Shown here: positions 45,055 through 55,520 of the stretch, piece after piece
How the letters are laid out: the number at the start of each line of letters is the position of its first letter
How positions within the stretch are numbered: position 1 is the first letter of the stretch
From: Eubacteriales bacterium
GTDB taxonomy: Bacteria; Bacillota; Clostridia; Oscillospirales; CAG-272
Reading direction: 5' to 3'
DNA: 64,000 bases
Assembly (NCBI GenBank): GCA_045543615.1
Contig: JAZPXL010000005.1
Location: forward strand, 2,640-66,639
Made by a program: the position numbers and the translations under genes
Notes under the pieces: generated by a model
What the model saw: only the letters and a program-made list of their open reading frames with translations
Databases searched by the model: none
Told to the model about the DNA's origin: nothing

Positions 45055-46032
45055 TCATTCCTCGTCCTTGCGGAGAGTCAGTCCAAGGGACTGGAGCTTA
45101 AGAATGACTTCTTCGAGCGATTTCTTACCGAGGTTACGAACCTTGATCATTTCGTCCTCAGAGCGGCTGACCAGATCTTCTACCGTGTCAATGCCTGCAC
45201 GCTTCAAACAATTGAAGCTACGAACAGACAGGTCAAGTTCCTCAATGGTCATCTCAAGAACCTTTTCTTTTTCCTTCTCGGGTCTCTCAATCATAATCTG
45301 AGCGTCCTTTGCTTCATCCGACAAATCCACAAACAAGTTGAGATGCTCGTTGAGAATCTTGGCACCGAGTGAAATCGCTTCTTTTGCCGTAATGGTTCCG
45401 TTTGTAAGAACCTCAAGTGTAAGTTTATCGTAATCGGTAATATTGCTTCCGACACGAGTGTTTTCTACTGTGTAGCTTACATTGTAAACGGGTGTGTAAA
45501 TCGAGTCTGTGTAAATCAGGCCGATAGGTGCGCTTACGGTTGTTCCGTATGCATCAGCGTGGATCAGCTTGTTTCTGTCCTGAGAAACATATCCACGTCC
45601 GTTTTCGAATGTCAGCTCCATATAAAGGTGCGCACCCTCTGCAAGCGTTGCCAGGTGGTGATCACCATTGAGAATTTCGATATCGGAATCCTGCTTGATG
45701 TGTGATGCGGTAACATTGTCGGGTCCTACCACATCGAGAATTACAGTCTTAGGTGCCTGTGTGTAAAGCTTGGCAACTATGCCCTTTACATTCAGCACGA
45801 TCTCTGTAAGATCCTCGGTCACACCGGGAAGCGAGGTGAATTCGTGCAATGCACCATCTACCTTGATAGATGTAACAGCTACTCCGGGGAGTGAGCTGAG
45901 CAATACTCTACGAAGAGAGTTACCGAGCGTAATGCCGTAGCCACGCTCAAGAGGCTCAACGACAAATTTGCCGCTTCTGCCGTCTTCGCTCTCATCTATC
46001 GTTACGATATTGGGCTTTTGAATCTCTATCAT
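45055..46032 (-). CDS. rpoA: DNA-directed RNA polymerase subunit alpha
   Basis: N-terminal domain plus C-terminal domain ([16 protein letters not shown]); position in the alpha operon. Confidence 0.97.
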   Translation of the reverse strand: MIEIQKPNIVTIDESEDGRSGKFVVEPLERGYGITLGNSLRRVLLSSLPGVAVTSIKVDGALHEFTSLPGVTEDLTEIVLNVKGIVAKLYTQAPKTVILDVVGPDNVTASHIKQDSDIEILNGDHHLATLAEGAHLYMELTFENGRGYVSQDRNKLIHADAYGTTVSAPIGLIYTDSIYTPVYNVSYTVENTRVGSNITDYDKLTLEVLTNGTITAKEAISLGAKILNEHLNLFVDLSDEAKDAQIMIERPEKEKEKVLEMTIEELDLSVRSFNCLKRAGIDTVEDLVSRSEDEMIKVRNLGKKSLEEVILKLQSLGLTLRKDEE

Positions 46033-46153
46033 TCCAGTTATACCTCCAAAATTTTATCTGCTTGCGTAAAAAGTTTATGCGCTCTCAGTCTCCCACATAA
46101 TTCTCCTGAATATATGCGCAGGGCACATAAATGAATGTGGGAGAAATGCGGTA

Positions 46154-46810
46154 TTACTTGGAATAGAGCTCGACGATGAGCTGTTCCTTGAAGTCAAAGC
46201 CAACGTCTTCTCTTGTGGGAAGAGCAACTACCTTAGCGGAAGCTGTTGCAACGTCTACCTCAAGCCACTTAGGAGCTGTCTTTGTAGCCATAGCCTCAAC
46301 GAGAGCCTTGATAGCATCCTTTGCAAGTGCGTTCTCAGCAACGGAAATAACGTCGCCAACTTTTACACTATAGGAAGGAATGTTGACCTTCTTGCCGTTT
46401 ACACGGATGTGATCGTGGAGTGTAAGCTGACGGGACTGTGTGCGGCTCTCGCCGAATCCCATACGGAATACAACGTTGTCAAGACGACGCTCAAGCAGGA
46501 CGAGAAGGTTTTCACCTGTCATACCGGGCATACGGTCTGCCTTGTCAAAGTAGTTGTGGAACTGACGCTCCAGAACTCCGTAGAAACGTCTTACCTTCTC
46601 CTTCTCACGGAGCTGTCTTCCGTACTCCTGAAGCTTCTTCTTTGCAGCACCGTGCTGACCGGGAGCTGCAGGAACAGAGTTACGGTTACGTGATGTGGGG
46701 TCTACACGGTCGAAGGGGCACTTGCCCGAAGTGCAGCGATCGCCCTTGAGAAAAAGCTTGGTGCCTTCTCTGCGGCAAAGCTTGCATACAGGACCTGTAT
46801 ATCTTGCCAT
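46154..46810 (-). CDS. rpsD: 30S ribosomal protein S4
   Basis: [16 protein letters not shown]. Start moved to ATG 46810 (AAGGAGG SD). Confidence 0.95.
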   Translation of the reverse strand: MARYTGPVCKLCRREGTKLFLKGDRCTSGKCPFDRVDPTSRNRNSVPAAPGQHGAAKKKLQEYGRQLREKEKVRRFYGVLERQFHNYFDKADRMPGMTGENLLVLLERRLDNVVFRMGFGESRTQSRQLTLHDHIRVNGKKVNIPSYSVKVGDVISVAENALAKDAIKALVEAMATKTAPKWLEVDVATASAKVVALPTREDVGFDFKEQLIVELYSK

Positions 46811-46836
46811 AGTTTTGGTTCCTCCTTGTTTTTCTC

Positions 46837-47232
46837 TCAAACGCGACGGCGCTTGGGGGGTCTGCATCCGTTGTGGGGTACAGGTGTAACGTCTTTGATC
46901 ATTGTGATCTGAAGACCTACTGTTTCGAGTGCGCGGATCGCAGATTCACGTCCCGATCCAGGGCCTCTTACGTAAACCTCAACCGACTTGAGTCCGTGCT
47001 CCATAGCAGCCTTTGCAGCTGTTTCGGAAGCAGACTGTGCTGCGAAGGGTGTGGACTTTCTGGAGCCCTTGAAGCCGAGTTCACCGGCAGATGCCCAAGA
47101 AATTGCGTTACCCTCGGTATCGGTTACTGTAACAATGGTGTTATTGAAAGTTGCGCGAATATGAACCTGACCATTGGGTATATTCTTTTTGTCGCGACGC
47201 TTTTTAATAACCTTCTTTGTAACTTTAGCCAT
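46837..47232 (-). CDS. rpsK: 30S ribosomal protein S11
   Basis: [18 protein letters not shown]; operon order. Confidence 0.96.
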   Translation of the reverse strand: MAKVTKKVIKKRRDKKNIPNGQVHIRATFNNTIVTVTDTEGNAISWASAGELGFKGSRKSTPFAAQSASETAAKAAMEHGLKSVEVYVRGPGSGRESAIRALETVGLQITMIKDVTPVPHNGCRPPKRRRV

Positions 47233-47241
47233 AGTAGATTA

Positions 47242-47613
47242 TTATCCTTTCTTCTTGTTGGCGATAGTCTTGACGGGACCTTTACGTGTTCTTGCGTTTG
47301 TCTTGGTTCTCTGACCTCTTACGGGCAGACCTTTTCTATGTCTGATTCCGCGGTAGCAGTTGATCTCAACCAAACGCTTGATGTTAAGAGCAACGTCACG
47401 GCGAAGGTCACCTTCGACAACGTAGTTGTTCTCGATCTCGTCACGGAGCTTTGCAACCTCATCCTCTGTGAGGTCCTTTGCGCGTGTGTCGGGATTGATG
47501 CCGGTCTTTGCAAGGATGTCTCTTGCGCTCTTGCGACCGATACCGTAGATGTAGGTAAGCGCAATCTCAACACGCTTCGAATTAGGAATATCAACACCAG
47601 CTATACGAGCCAT
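47242..47613 (-). CDS. rpsM: 30S ribosomal protein S13
   Basis: [26 protein letters not shown]. Confidence 0.96.
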   Translation of the reverse strand: MARIAGVDIPNSKRVEIALTYIYGIGRKSARDILAKTGINPDTRAKDLTEDEVAKLRDEIENNYVVEGDLRRDVALNIKRLVEINCYRGIRHRKGLPVRGQRTKTNARTRKGPVKTIANKKKG

Positions 47614-47648
47614 TCTGTTTGATCCTTTCTTTCTCTTTGTAGTCGCTA

Positions 47649-47762
47649 TTAACCCTGACGCTGCTTGTGCTTAGGGTTCTCGCAGATGACCATTACGCGG
47701 CCATGTCTCTTGATGATTTTGCATTTTTCGCAAATCTTCTTTACGGATGGCTTAACTTTCAT
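47649..47762 (-). CDS. rpmJ: 50S ribosomal protein L36 (zinc form)
   Basis: Not in the ORF track (37 aa). Minus strand encodes [37 protein letters not shown], between infA and rpsM. Confidence 0.92.
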   Translation of the reverse strand: MKVKPSVKKICEKCKIIKRHGRVMVICENPKHKQRQG

Positions 47763-47793
47763 TAAATTTTACCATACCTTTCTGAATGATAAC

Positions 47794-48027
47794 TTATTTG
47801 GTGCGCCAAGTGATGCGTCCCTTATTGAGGTCGTATACTGAAACCTCTACGGTAACGTGATCACCGGGCAAGATCCGAATAAAATTTTGTCTCAGCTTTC
47901 CCGAAATATGTGCGGTTACTATATGACCGTTGGGAAGCTGTACTTTGAATACGGTGTTGGGCAGTGCCTCAAGTACCGTACCTTCAAATTCGATTACATC
48001 GTTCTTAGCCAGAACAATCCCCTCCAA
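47794..48027 (-). CDS. infA: translation initiation factor IF-1
   Basis: [23 protein letters not shown]...ILPGD...GRITWRTK. Start ambiguous: TTG 48027 or CTG 48012 (see findings). Confidence 0.93.
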   Translation of the reverse strand: MEGIVLAKNDVIEFEGTVLEALPNTVFKVQLPNGHIVTAHISGKLRQNFIRILPGDHVTVEVSVYDLNKGRITWRTK

Positions 48028-48036
48028 TCTGTTCTC

Positions 48037-48792
48037 TTAGTCCGCCAGAGCCGTTAGTATCAAAGCTCCGTCGTGAGTGAGTGCTACGGTATTCTCATAA
48101 TGTGCTGAGAGTGTACCGTCTGCTGTCTTAACTGTCCAACCATCGGATAGCTGTCTGACTTCATATCCACCCATATTGACCATAGGTTCAATTGCGAGTG
48201 TCATTCCAACAGCGAGCTTGATTCCACGGCCTGCCGTTCCGAAGTTCGGAACTTCAGGATCTTCGTGAAGATCGTGTCCGATTCCGTGACCTATATATTT
48301 TCGTACCACGCTGAAGCCCTCAGCCTCAACGCAAGTTTGGATGGCGTGTGAAATGTCACCGATGCGATTACCGTCCCGTACTTGCTCGACACCACAGAAG
48401 AAGCTGCGTTTAGTTGTGTCGATCAGCCGCTGTACTTCGTCGCTTACGCGACCCACAGCAACAGTTCTTGCCATATCTCCGTTAAAGCCCTTATAAAACG
48501 CTCCTGTGTCGATCTTCACGATATCTCCCTCGTAAAGAATTCTCTTCTTTGAGGGTATGCCGTGAATGACCTCATCGTTAACGCTTATACAAGCACTTCC
48601 GGGGAATCCGCCGTAGCCGAGAAAACCGGGCTTTGCACCACATCTTTCGATGTGCTGTCTTATAACCTTGTCGATGTCGTATGTGCTGACGCCCTCACGG
48701 ATCATCTCGCACGCCTTGAACATCGCTTCAGCGGTTATTCTGCCCGCTTCTCTCATCACGGCTATTTGCGACGAATTTTTAATAGGTATCAT
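48037..48792 (-). CDS. map: type I methionine aminopeptidase
   Basis: Metal ligands in VIHGIP, DxGA, HGIGHxxHE, LAIEPM contexts; spc-operon position. Confidence 0.95.
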   Translation of the reverse strand: MIPIKNSSQIAVMREAGRITAEAMFKACEMIREGVSTYDIDKVIRQHIERCGAKPGFLGYGGFPGSACISVNDEVIHGIPSKKRILYEGDIVKIDTGAFYKGFNGDMARTVAVGRVSDEVQRLIDTTKRSFFCGVEQVRDGNRIGDISHAIQTCVEAEGFSVVRKYIGHGIGHDLHEDPEVPNFGTAGRGIKLAVGMTLAIEPMVNMGGYEVRQLSDGWTVKTADGTLSAHYENTVALTHDGALILTALAD

Positions 48793-49430
48793 TTGTTAGC
48801 AACCTTAGCAAGTGCAATACGCACAAGCTCTGTTGTATCCTCTACCTGTTCCTGTCCCTCAACTCTTACAAGCTTACCTCTCTGCTCATAGAAAGCAAGG
48901 AGCGGCTCTGTCTGGTTGTGGTAGTTCTGAAGGCGAGTAATAACAGTTTCTGCCTTGTCATCAGCACGAATATAGAGTGCTGAAGAACACTTGTCGCAGA
49001 TGTCGGGAACAATGGGGGGCTTATACTCGATATGATAGGATGCGCCGCACTTACATACGCGTCTTCCTGTCATACGGGCTACGATCTTTTCATCACTTAC
49101 GTCTATCGAAAGCACAGCATCAATCTGCACTCCCATAGCCTCAAGTGCCTCCGCCTGAGCAATAGAGCGGGGGAAACCGTCGAGAATGAAGCCGTTTTTG
49201 CAAGCATCGCTCTTGAGATAATCACGGACGATGCCAATTACGATCTCGTCAGGGACGAGAGCTCCGCTTTCTACATATGACTTAGCAGTCTTACCAAGAT
49301 CGGTACCTGCGTTCATAGCGTCACGGAGTATCTGTCCTGTCGAAATCGCCGGAATCTGTTCTCTTGCGGCGATCAGTTCGGCCTGAGTTCCTTTTCCCGC
49401 ACCGGGGGCTCCCATAATAATTAAGTTCAT
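48789..49430 (-). CDS. adk: adenylate kinase
   Basis: MNLIIMGAPGAGKGTQ P-loop; Cys-containing lid. Start moved to ATG 49430 (GGAGG SD). Confidence 0.95.
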   Translation of the reverse strand: MNLIIMGAPGAGKGTQAELIAAREQIPAISTGQILRDAMNAGTDLGKTAKSYVESGALVPDEIVIGIVRDYLKSDACKNGFILDGFPRSIAQAEALEAMGVQIDAVLSIDVSDEKIVARMTGRRVCKCGASYHIEYKPPIVPDICDKCSSALYIRADDKAETVITRLQNYHNQTEPLLAFYEQRGKLVRVEGQEQVEDTTELVRIALAKVANK

Positions 49431-49467
49431 TATTGTTTCCTCCGAATCAAGTAATGCGGGCGGTCTA

Positions 49468-50826
49468 TTAACCGAACAAGCCCTTAGTCTTAGAGCCACT
49501 CATATTGCGGATAGCAAGCTGAGAATCCAAGTCACGCACGGTCTCGAGTACAACACCGACAACGATAAGCAGCGAGTTACCACCGAATGCGAAGCCTGCG
49601 AAGGTTGTGCTGGTGGGGTCGATGAGTGTGTTGACGATATTGATGAGCATCGGGAATCCTGCGATGAAGCAAAGGAAGATGGCTCCGATAAGAGTTACTC
49701 TGTTGAGTATCTTCTTGATATACATAATGGTAGGCTTACCCGAACGGATACCGGGGATAGAGCCACCGTTCTTCTGGATGTTGTTAGCAACTTCTACAGG
49801 GTTGAAGGAAATCATTACATAGAAATATGCAAAGACGATGATCAGCGCAATGTAGATGATGAAATACAGCCAGGAGTTGTAGTTAAATACTTCGCTGACA
49901 AACTTGCCAAATCCACTATCAGCACCTGTAAAGGAAGCGATTGTCGCGGGAACCGACACGATCGAGCTTGCGAAGATTACGGGCATAACGCCGTTCATAT
50001 TCAGCTTGAGGGGGAGGTTCGAGGACTGGCCGCCGTACATCTTTCTGCCGACGACACGCTTAGCGTACTGGATCGGAATTCTACGCTCGGATTCTGTAAA
50101 CCAAACTACGAGAACCACGATTGCAAGCATAACAACGATGGAAAGAACGAGAAGTGCGATTCTCCAAGGCTCGAAGGTCTGGGAGGTAACGTTTCCGTTT
50201 GCATCGTATGTGAACTTGAAGAGCATATTGTAGAAGCCGCTGACAGTTGTGCCGAAGCCTGCAACGATGTTTGCAAAGAGGATCATCGAGATACCGTTAC
50301 CGATACCGTGCTCGTTGATCTTTTCTGCAAGCCACATAATAACGGATGCACCCGCACAGTAGCAAGCTACGATAACGATCTGCTGGAAGAGATTGATATC
50401 GGAGGCGATAACGCCGATGCTCTGCATATAGATGAGGTAGCCAATTGCTGTAAGAATAGAAAGGCCAACTGTTGTGTAACGGGTGATTGCTGTAATTGTG
50501 CGACGTCCCTCGTCACCGTTCTTGGAGAGTCTCTCAAGAGCGGGAATTGCAACTGTAAGAAGCTGAATTACGATGGACGCTGTGATGTAGGGTGAAACTG
50601 AGAGTGCAAAGAGTGTTGCACGTCCGAAGGATTCACCGGACATCAGGTTGAGGTACGAAAAAATTGAACCTTGTGTAGCATTTGTGAATGCTTCGTAAGC
50701 ATTAGCTAAAACGTAAGGTACGGGAATCTGCGCGCCAAGACGGTAAACAACCAAAATGAGCAATGTAAAAAGAATCTTTGTACGAAGCTCTGTTACTTTC
50801 CAGGCATTTTTGAATGTCGCAAACAT
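49468..50826 (-). CDS. secY: preprotein translocase subunit SecY
   Basis: 10-TM protein after rplO. Start ATG 50826 (GGAGG SD). Confidence 0.96.
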   Translation of the reverse strand: MFATFKNAWKVTELRTKILFTLLILVVYRLGAQIPVPYVLANAYEAFTNATQGSIFSYLNLMSGESFGRATLFALSVSPYITASIVIQLLTVAIPALERLSKNGDEGRRTITAITRYTTVGLSILTAIGYLIYMQSIGVIASDINLFQQIVIVACYCAGASVIMWLAEKINEHGIGNGISMILFANIVAGFGTTVSGFYNMLFKFTYDANGNVTSQTFEPWRIALLVLSIVVMLAIVVLVVWFTESERRIPIQYAKRVVGRKMYGGQSSNLPLKLNMNGVMPVIFASSIVSVPATIASFTGADSGFGKFVSEVFNYNSWLYFIIYIALIIVFAYFYVMISFNPVEVANNIQKNGGSIPGIRSGKPTIMYIKKILNRVTLIGAIFLCFIAGFPMLINIVNTLIDPTSTTFAGFAFGGNSLLIVVGVVLETVRDLDSQLAIRNMSGSKTKGLFG

Positions 50827-50828
50827 CC

Positions 50829-51272
50829 TTATACCTCCTCGCAACTTCCGCCTGCTGCTTCAATTTTTTCCTTTGCTGCTGCAGAAAACTTAGCAGCCTT
50901 AACGGTAATCTTCTTGGTGATCTCGCCATTGCCGAGAACCTTAAGTCCGTCAAGTCCCTTGCGAACAATTCTTGCTGCAAGAACTGCCTCGAGATCGACA
51001 ACTGCGCCGTCCTCAAAGCGGTTAAGATCGCTTACGTTGATTGTAGCATAAACGGTAGCAAATCTCTTGTTGTTAAAGCCTCTCTTAGGAAGCTGTCTGT
51101 AAATGGGGAACTGACCGCCTTCAAAGCCGGGTCTTACACCACCGCCGGAGCGAGCGTTCTGACCCTTATGACCCTTACCAGCTGTCTTACCGTTACCGGA
51201 GCCTGCACCACGACCCTTGCGGAATCTGGACTTTACTGCACCGGGAGCAGGACTGAGTTCATAAAGCTTCAT
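50829..51272 (-). CDS. rplO: 50S ribosomal protein L15
   Basis: [30 protein letters not shown]. Confidence 0.96.
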   Translation of the reverse strand: MKLYELSPAPGAVKSRFRKGRGAGSGNGKTAGKGHKGQNARSGGGVRPGFEGGQFPIYRQLPKRGFNNKRFATVYATINVSDLNRFEDGAVVDLEAVLAARIVRKGLDGLKVLGNGEITKKITVKAAKFSAAAKEKIEAAGGSCEEV

Positions 51273-51464
51273 TTATGCTTCCTCCTTTTCTGCAACATCC
51301 TCAACGGATACAAGGTGATGGAGAACCTTTACCTTGCCGTCGAGTACGGGACCAGCCTCGTGAATGATGCTGTCGCCGATTTTCTTAAGACCGAGAGAAG
51401 CTGCGGTGCTTCTCTGATTGGGCTTAGAACAGATGAGGGATCTGATAAGAGTTACTTTCTTCAT
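51273..51464 (-). CDS. rpmD: 50S ribosomal protein L30
   Basis: 63 aa; between rpsE and rplO; LGLKKIGDS motif. Confidence 0.93.
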   Translation of the reverse strand: MKKVTLIRSLICSKPNQRSTAASLGLKKIGDSIIHEAGPVLDGKVKVLHHLVSVEDVAEKEEA

Positions 51465-51979
51465 CTCTGAACGCCTCCCTTTACATCATCTGCTGTAATG
51501 TTACGGCCACGAGCTACCTCGTCAACAGAGCGAAGCTGCTGGAGACCGGCCATTGTAGCCTTAACTACGTTGATGGGGTTGTTGGAGCGCAGGCACTTAG
51601 CACGAATGTTGCTAATACCAGCTGCCTCAAGTACCATACGAACCTTAGAACCGGCGATGATACCGGTACCGGGAGCTGCGGGCTTGAGAAGAACTCTGCC
51701 TGCGCCAAACTCGCCAAGTACTTCGTGAGGAATGGTTGTTCCCTTGATGGAAACTGTAACCATATTCTTCTTTGCGTCTTCAACACCTTTGCGGATTGCT
51801 TCGGTAACTTCGGCAGCCTTGCCGATACCTACGCCTACACGTCCATGACCATCACCGACAACCATAAGTGCGGCAAAGCGGGCAACACGTCCGCCTTTAA
51901 CGGTCTTGGAAACACGGTTCAGGGCAACGAGGTTTTCAATATATTCATTTGCCTCGTAATTGTTGTTTCTGAATGCCAT
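51461..51979 (-). CDS. rpsE: 30S ribosomal protein S5
   Basis: [27 protein letters not shown]. Confidence 0.96.
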   Translation of the reverse strand: MAFRNNNYEANEYIENLVALNRVSKTVKGGRVARFAALMVVGDGHGRVGVGIGKAAEVTEAIRKGVEDAKKNMVTVSIKGTTIPHEVLGEFGAGRVLLKPAAPGTGIIAGSKVRMVLEAAGISNIRAKCLRSNNPINVVKATMAGLQQLRSVDEVARGRNITADDVKGGVQR

Positions 51980-52044
51980 TTCAATCTCCTTGAATGTTCA
52001 ATTAATAAGTTGAACAGTGTACAAACCGGAATCAGTCTTTCGAC

Positions 52045-52401
52045 TCAGAACTTCAGGCCGCCCTCGCGAGCGCCGTCAGCCAGTTCCGATACACGTCCGT
52101 GATAAAGATAGCCGCCGCGGTCGAATACGACTTCGGTGATACCCTTGTTCTGTGCTCTTTCGGCAACAAGCTTGCCGACTTTCTTGGCAGCCTCTTTGTT
52201 GCCGCCGGTTTCAAATTCCTTCTCGTAAGAGGAAGCGCTGACGAGAGTGACGCCATTGACATCGTCGATGATCTGAGCACTGATGTGGTTAATCGAACGA
52301 TACACAGCCAGACGAGGACATTCGGGTGTGCCGGAAATCTTTGCTCTGACTCTGGTATGTCTCTTAAGACGTGCTGCGTTCTTATCCTTCTTTGATACCA
52401 T
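52045..52401 (-). CDS. rplR: 50S ribosomal protein L18
   Basis: [18 protein letters not shown]; [12 protein letters not shown]. Confidence 0.96.
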   Translation of the reverse strand: MVSKKDKNAARLKRHTRVRAKISGTPECPRLAVYRSINHISAQIIDDVNGVTLVSASSYEKEFETGGNKEAAKKVGKLVAERAQNKGITEVVFDRGGYLYHGRVSELADGAREGGLKF

Positions 52402-52418
52402 TGTTCTTCACTCCTTTC

Positions 52419-52985
52419 TCAGTTCTTCTTCTTCATCTCTTTAGTGCGGATGACTTCGCCCTGGTAACGGATGCCCTTCTGATGATAAGGCTCAGGAGGT
52501 CTCTTGCCACGGATAACAGCTGCGATCTGGCCAACCTGCTGCTTGTTTGTTCCCTTGATCGTGATTGTGATCGGAACAACCTTTTCAGCTACCTCGAAGG
52601 TGATGCCTTCGGGCTGGGGAATCGTGTACTTTTCCTGAGGCTTACCGTTTACAAGCGAGTAACCGATATAAAGGAGAAGGTTCTTATCCTGCATTGTTGC
52701 TCTGTAACCTGTACCGTGGATCTCAAGTACACGGGTATAACCCTGAGTTACGCCAACAACCATATTGTTGATAAGTGTGCGGGTGAGGCCGTGGAGGCTT
52801 CTATCCGCCTTTTCGTCTGTGGGACGCTCGACTGTAAGTACGCCAGCGTCAATCTTTACAGTCATACGAGGGCTGATCTTCTCGGTAAGTGTTCCGAGCG
52901 GGCCCTTGACGGTTACAACACCGTCGGCAACCTTTACATCTACACCTGCGGGCAGGGTGATGGGCATTCTTCCTATTCTTGACAT
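52419..52985 (-). CDS. rplF: 50S ribosomal protein L6
   Basis: MSRIGRMPITLPAGVDV. Confidence 0.96.
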   Translation of the reverse strand: MSRIGRMPITLPAGVDVKVADGVVTVKGPLGTLTEKISPRMTVKIDAGVLTVERPTDEKADRSLHGLTRTLINNMVVGVTQGYTRVLEIHGTGYRATMQDKNLLLYIGYSLVNGKPQEKYTIPQPEGITFEVAEKVVPITITIKGTNKQQVGQIAAVIRGKRPPEPYHQKGIRYQGEVIRTKEMKKKN

Positions 52986-53001
52986 CTTTTTGCCTCCTTA
53001 C

Positions 53002-53400
53002 TCACCATACAAAGGCAAGAACTTCGCCGCCAACCTTCTCTTTACGAGCCTGCTTGTCGGTCATTATGCCCTTTGAGGTGGATACGATTGCGATGCCGAG
53101 TCCGTTCATTACACGGGGCATTTCGTCACAGCCTGCGTAAATACGAAGACCGGGCTTGGATACTCTGCGAATACCGCGGAGAACCTTCTGCTTCTTATCC
53201 GTGTACTTAAGGGTAACGCGGATGATACCCTGCTTGTTATCCTCGATAACCTCATAGCTTGTAACATAGCCCTCGGAAACGAGGATGTCGGCGATTGCCT
53301 TCTTCATGTTGGATGCCGGAATGTCCACTGTAGAATGCTTTGCATCATTAGCATTTCTGATTCGTGTGAGCATATCGGCAATTACGTCTGACATTTGCAT
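53002..53400 (-). CDS. rpsH: 30S ribosomal protein S8
   Basis: [13 protein letters not shown]. Confidence 0.96.
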   Translation of the reverse strand: MQMSDVIADMLTRIRNANDAKHSTVDIPASNMKKAIADILVSEGYVTSYEVIEDNKQGIIRVTLKYTDKKQKVLRGIRRVSKPGLRIYAGCDEMPRVMNGLGIAIVSTSKGIMTDKQARKEKVGGEVLAFVW

Positions 53401-53520
53401 TTTAATTTTCCTCCATATGCAAGTTTATTTATCTTGCTGCCGTTGGCAAACGGCGGCGTATCGGCGGTTAAATCGGGCCGCAGCTTGATTTCCTTCCGAT
53501 AGTGTGGGGTTGGTAATTGC

Positions 53521-53706
53521 TTACCAGGATGCCTTTCTTACTCCGGGAATCTCGCCCTTGTATGCGAGATTACGGAAGCAAATACGGCAGATACCGTACT
53601 TGCGGAGATAAGCGTGGGGACGACCGCAGATCTTGCAGCGGTTGTAACGACGTGTTGAATACTTCTGGGGTGCCTGCTGTTTGAGGACCATTGCCTTCTT
53701 TGCCAT
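53521..53706 (-). CDS. rpsN: 30S ribosomal protein S14 type Z (zinc-binding)
   Basis: 61 aa; CKICGRP...CRICFR Cys4. Confidence 0.95.
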   Translation of the reverse strand: MAKKAMVLKQQAPQKYSTRRYNRCKICGRPHAYLRKYGICRICFRNLAYKGEIPGVRKASW

Positions 53707-53720
53707 TTACCCTTACCTCC

Positions 53721-54263
53721 TTAGTCTTTTGCGAAGGGAGCACCGAGAGCTGCAAGCAGCGCACGAGCCTCTTCATCAGTCTTTGCTGTTGTTACGAAGC
53801 AGATGTCCATACCACGAATCTTGTCGATCTTATCGTACTCGATTTCGGGGAAGATGAGCTGCTCCTTAAGTCCGAGAGCGTAGTTTCCTCTTCCGTCGAA
53901 TGCATCAGGGTTGATACCCTTGAAGTCACGTACACGGGGGAGGGAGAAGTTGAAGAGCTTATCTACGAACTCGTACATTCTTTCGCCGCGAAGTGTTACC
54001 TTTGCGCCGATGACCATACCCTCACGAACCTTGAAGTTCGCAACGGACTTGCGTGCCTTTGTAGGAACTGCCTTCTGTCCGGTGATGAGTGTAAGATCGC
54101 TGATGATATTGTCGATAACCTTTGCGTTATCTCTTGCCTCGCTCGAGCCTACGTTGAGAACGACCTTCTCGAGACGGGGAATCTGCATTACGCTTGTGTA
54201 GCCAAACTGCTGCATAAGGGCGGGAGCGATTTCGCTAATATAAGTTTCCTTAAGTCTTGCCAT
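53721..54263 (-). CDS. rplE: 50S ribosomal protein L5
   Basis: [22 protein letters not shown]. Confidence 0.96.
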   Translation of the reverse strand: MARLKETYISEIAPALMQQFGYTSVMQIPRLEKVVLNVGSSEARDNAKVIDNIISDLTLITGQKAVPTKARKSVANFKVREGMVIGAKVTLRGERMYEFVDKLFNFSLPRVRDFKGINPDAFDGRGNYALGLKEQLIFPEIEYDKIDKIRGMDICFVTTAKTDEEARALLAALGAPFAKD

Positions 54264-54281
54264 TTCAAACTTCCTCCCTTA

Positions 54282-54614
54282 TCAAAGTGCCTTGCCGCAT
54301 TTTGTGCAAACGCGGATCTTCTTGCCGTTCTTATCGGTGCCGGCCTTAACTCTTACGCCCTTCTTGCACTCGGGGCAATAAAGAGCAACCTTGCAAGCAT
54401 AAATTGCGCCCTCGGTATCAACGATACCACTGGTCTCGCCCTGTCTGCGTGCCTTTACGTGCTTGTGAACGACGTTACAGCCCTCAACGATAACCTTGCC
54501 TTCCTTAGGGGAAACTGCGATTACCTTATGGGTCTTAACCTTGCCGCTCTCATCTTTTCTTTCCGCGTACTTTCCGGTCAGAAGTACGACGGTATCGCCT
54601 GTTTTGATATACAT
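54282..54614 (-). CDS. rplX: 50S ribosomal protein L24 (variant with C-terminal CxxC...CxxC)
   Basis: KTGDTVVLLTGK KOW motif; position between rplN and rplE; CPEC-x19-CTKC near the C-terminus. Confidence 0.93.
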   Translation of the reverse strand: MYIKTGDTVVLLTGKYAERKDESGKVKTHKVIAVSPKEGKVIVEGCNVVHKHVKARRQGETSGIVDTEGAIYACKVALYCPECKKGVRVKAGTDKNGKKIRVCTKCGKAL

Positions 54615-54631
54615 CGTTTTTTCTCCTTACC

Positions 54632-55000
54632 TTACAGTACTTCAGGTGCGAGAGAAAGTATCTTGAGGTACTGTCTCTCTCTCAGTTCTCTTGCCACCGG
54701 GCCAAAGATACGTGTGCCACGGGGTGTCTGGTCATCTCTGATAATGACCGCTGCGTTCTCATCGAACTTGATATATGAGCCGTCTGCTCTCTTGGTGCCG
54801 TGTGTGCTGCGTACGATAACTGCCTTTACGACGTCGCCCTTCTTGACCATTCCACCGGGAGTGGCCTTCTTGACTGTAGCAACAACAACATCGCCGATAT
54901 TTGCATATCTGCGGCCGGTGCCACCAAGAACTCGAATGCAAAGAAGCTCTTTGGCGCCGGTATTGTCGGCAACCTTCATTCTTGATTCTTGCTGTATCAC
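54632..55000 (-). CDS. rplN: 50S ribosomal protein L14
   Basis: [27 protein letters not shown]. Confidence 0.97.
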   Translation of the reverse strand: MIQQESRMKVADNTGAKELLCIRVLGGTGRRYANIGDVVVATVKKATPGGMVKKGDVVKAVIVRSTHGTKRADGSYIKFDENAAVIIRDDQTPRGTRIFGPVARELRERQYLKILSLAPEVL

Positions 55001-55062
55001 TTAAGATTCCTCCTGTTTCAATACGATTTTTGACGTATTTACTGTATGAATTGTGCCGCTGA

Positions 55063-55320
55063 TTATTTGGCCTTTTCTATGATAGAAACTACGCGCCATC
55101 TCTTTGTCTTAGAGAGAGGTCTTGTTTCCATAATGCTGACCTTATCGCCGATGCCGCACAGATTGTCTGCGTCGTGAGCATGAACCTTGAGCGTACGCTT
55201 GACGATCTTGCCGTAAATCGGATGCTTTACGTTGTCTGCGATTGCAACAACAACTGTCTTGTCCATCTTATCGCTGATAACTGTGCCGACACGGACTTTT
55301 CTGAGGTTTCTGTCTTCCAT
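55063..55320 (-). CDS. rpsQ: 30S ribosomal protein S17
   Basis: [17 protein letters not shown]; operon order. Confidence 0.95.
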   Translation of the reverse strand: MEDRNLRKVRVGTVISDKMDKTVVVAIADNVKHPIYGKIVKRTLKVHAHDADNLCGIGDKVSIMETRPLSKTKRWRVVSIIEKAK

Positions 55321-55334
55321 ATTACTTTACCTCC

Positions 55335-55520
55335 TTATGCGTTCTCGTTAAGAACGGTCATAATGCGAGCGATGTCCTTCTTGACGTCGCTGATACGGTT
55401 GGTGTTTTCCAACTGGTTGATTGCAAGCTGGAAACGGAGGTTAAAGAGTTCTTCCTTCAGTTCCTTGAGCTTTGCCTCGAGTTGTTCGCGGCTCATTGCT
55501 CTGATTTCGCTGATTTTCAT
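55335..55520 (-). CDS. rpmC: 50S ribosomal protein L29
   Basis: 61 aa; [11 protein letters not shown] motif. Confidence 0.94.
   Translation of the reverse strand: MKISEIRAMSREQLEAKLKELKEELFNLRFQLAINQLENTNRISDVKKDIARIMTVLNENA

Noticed and set aside
49047-49055. The first zinc knuckle of the adenylate kinase lid reads C-K-C (VCKCG) instead of the usual CxxC (CRNCG in B. subtilis).
   Set aside because: It is probably a natural one-residue variation of the lid, or the lid no longer binds zinc. The surrounding frame is intact and the observation is too minor to pursue from sequence alone.
53691-55004. 437-aa plus-strand ORF spanning rplE, rplX and rplN. Similar long antisense ORFs occur at 55954-56853, 57667-58404, 50814-51470, 46873-47622 and 52371-52982.
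   Set aside because: All are codon-aligned antisense frames of highly expressed ribosomal genes. A stop on the opposite strand requires sense codons TTA, CTA or TCA, which these genes avoid, so the mirror frame stays open by codon bias. There are no SDs, and the composition is odd (Cys/Leu/Ser-rich).
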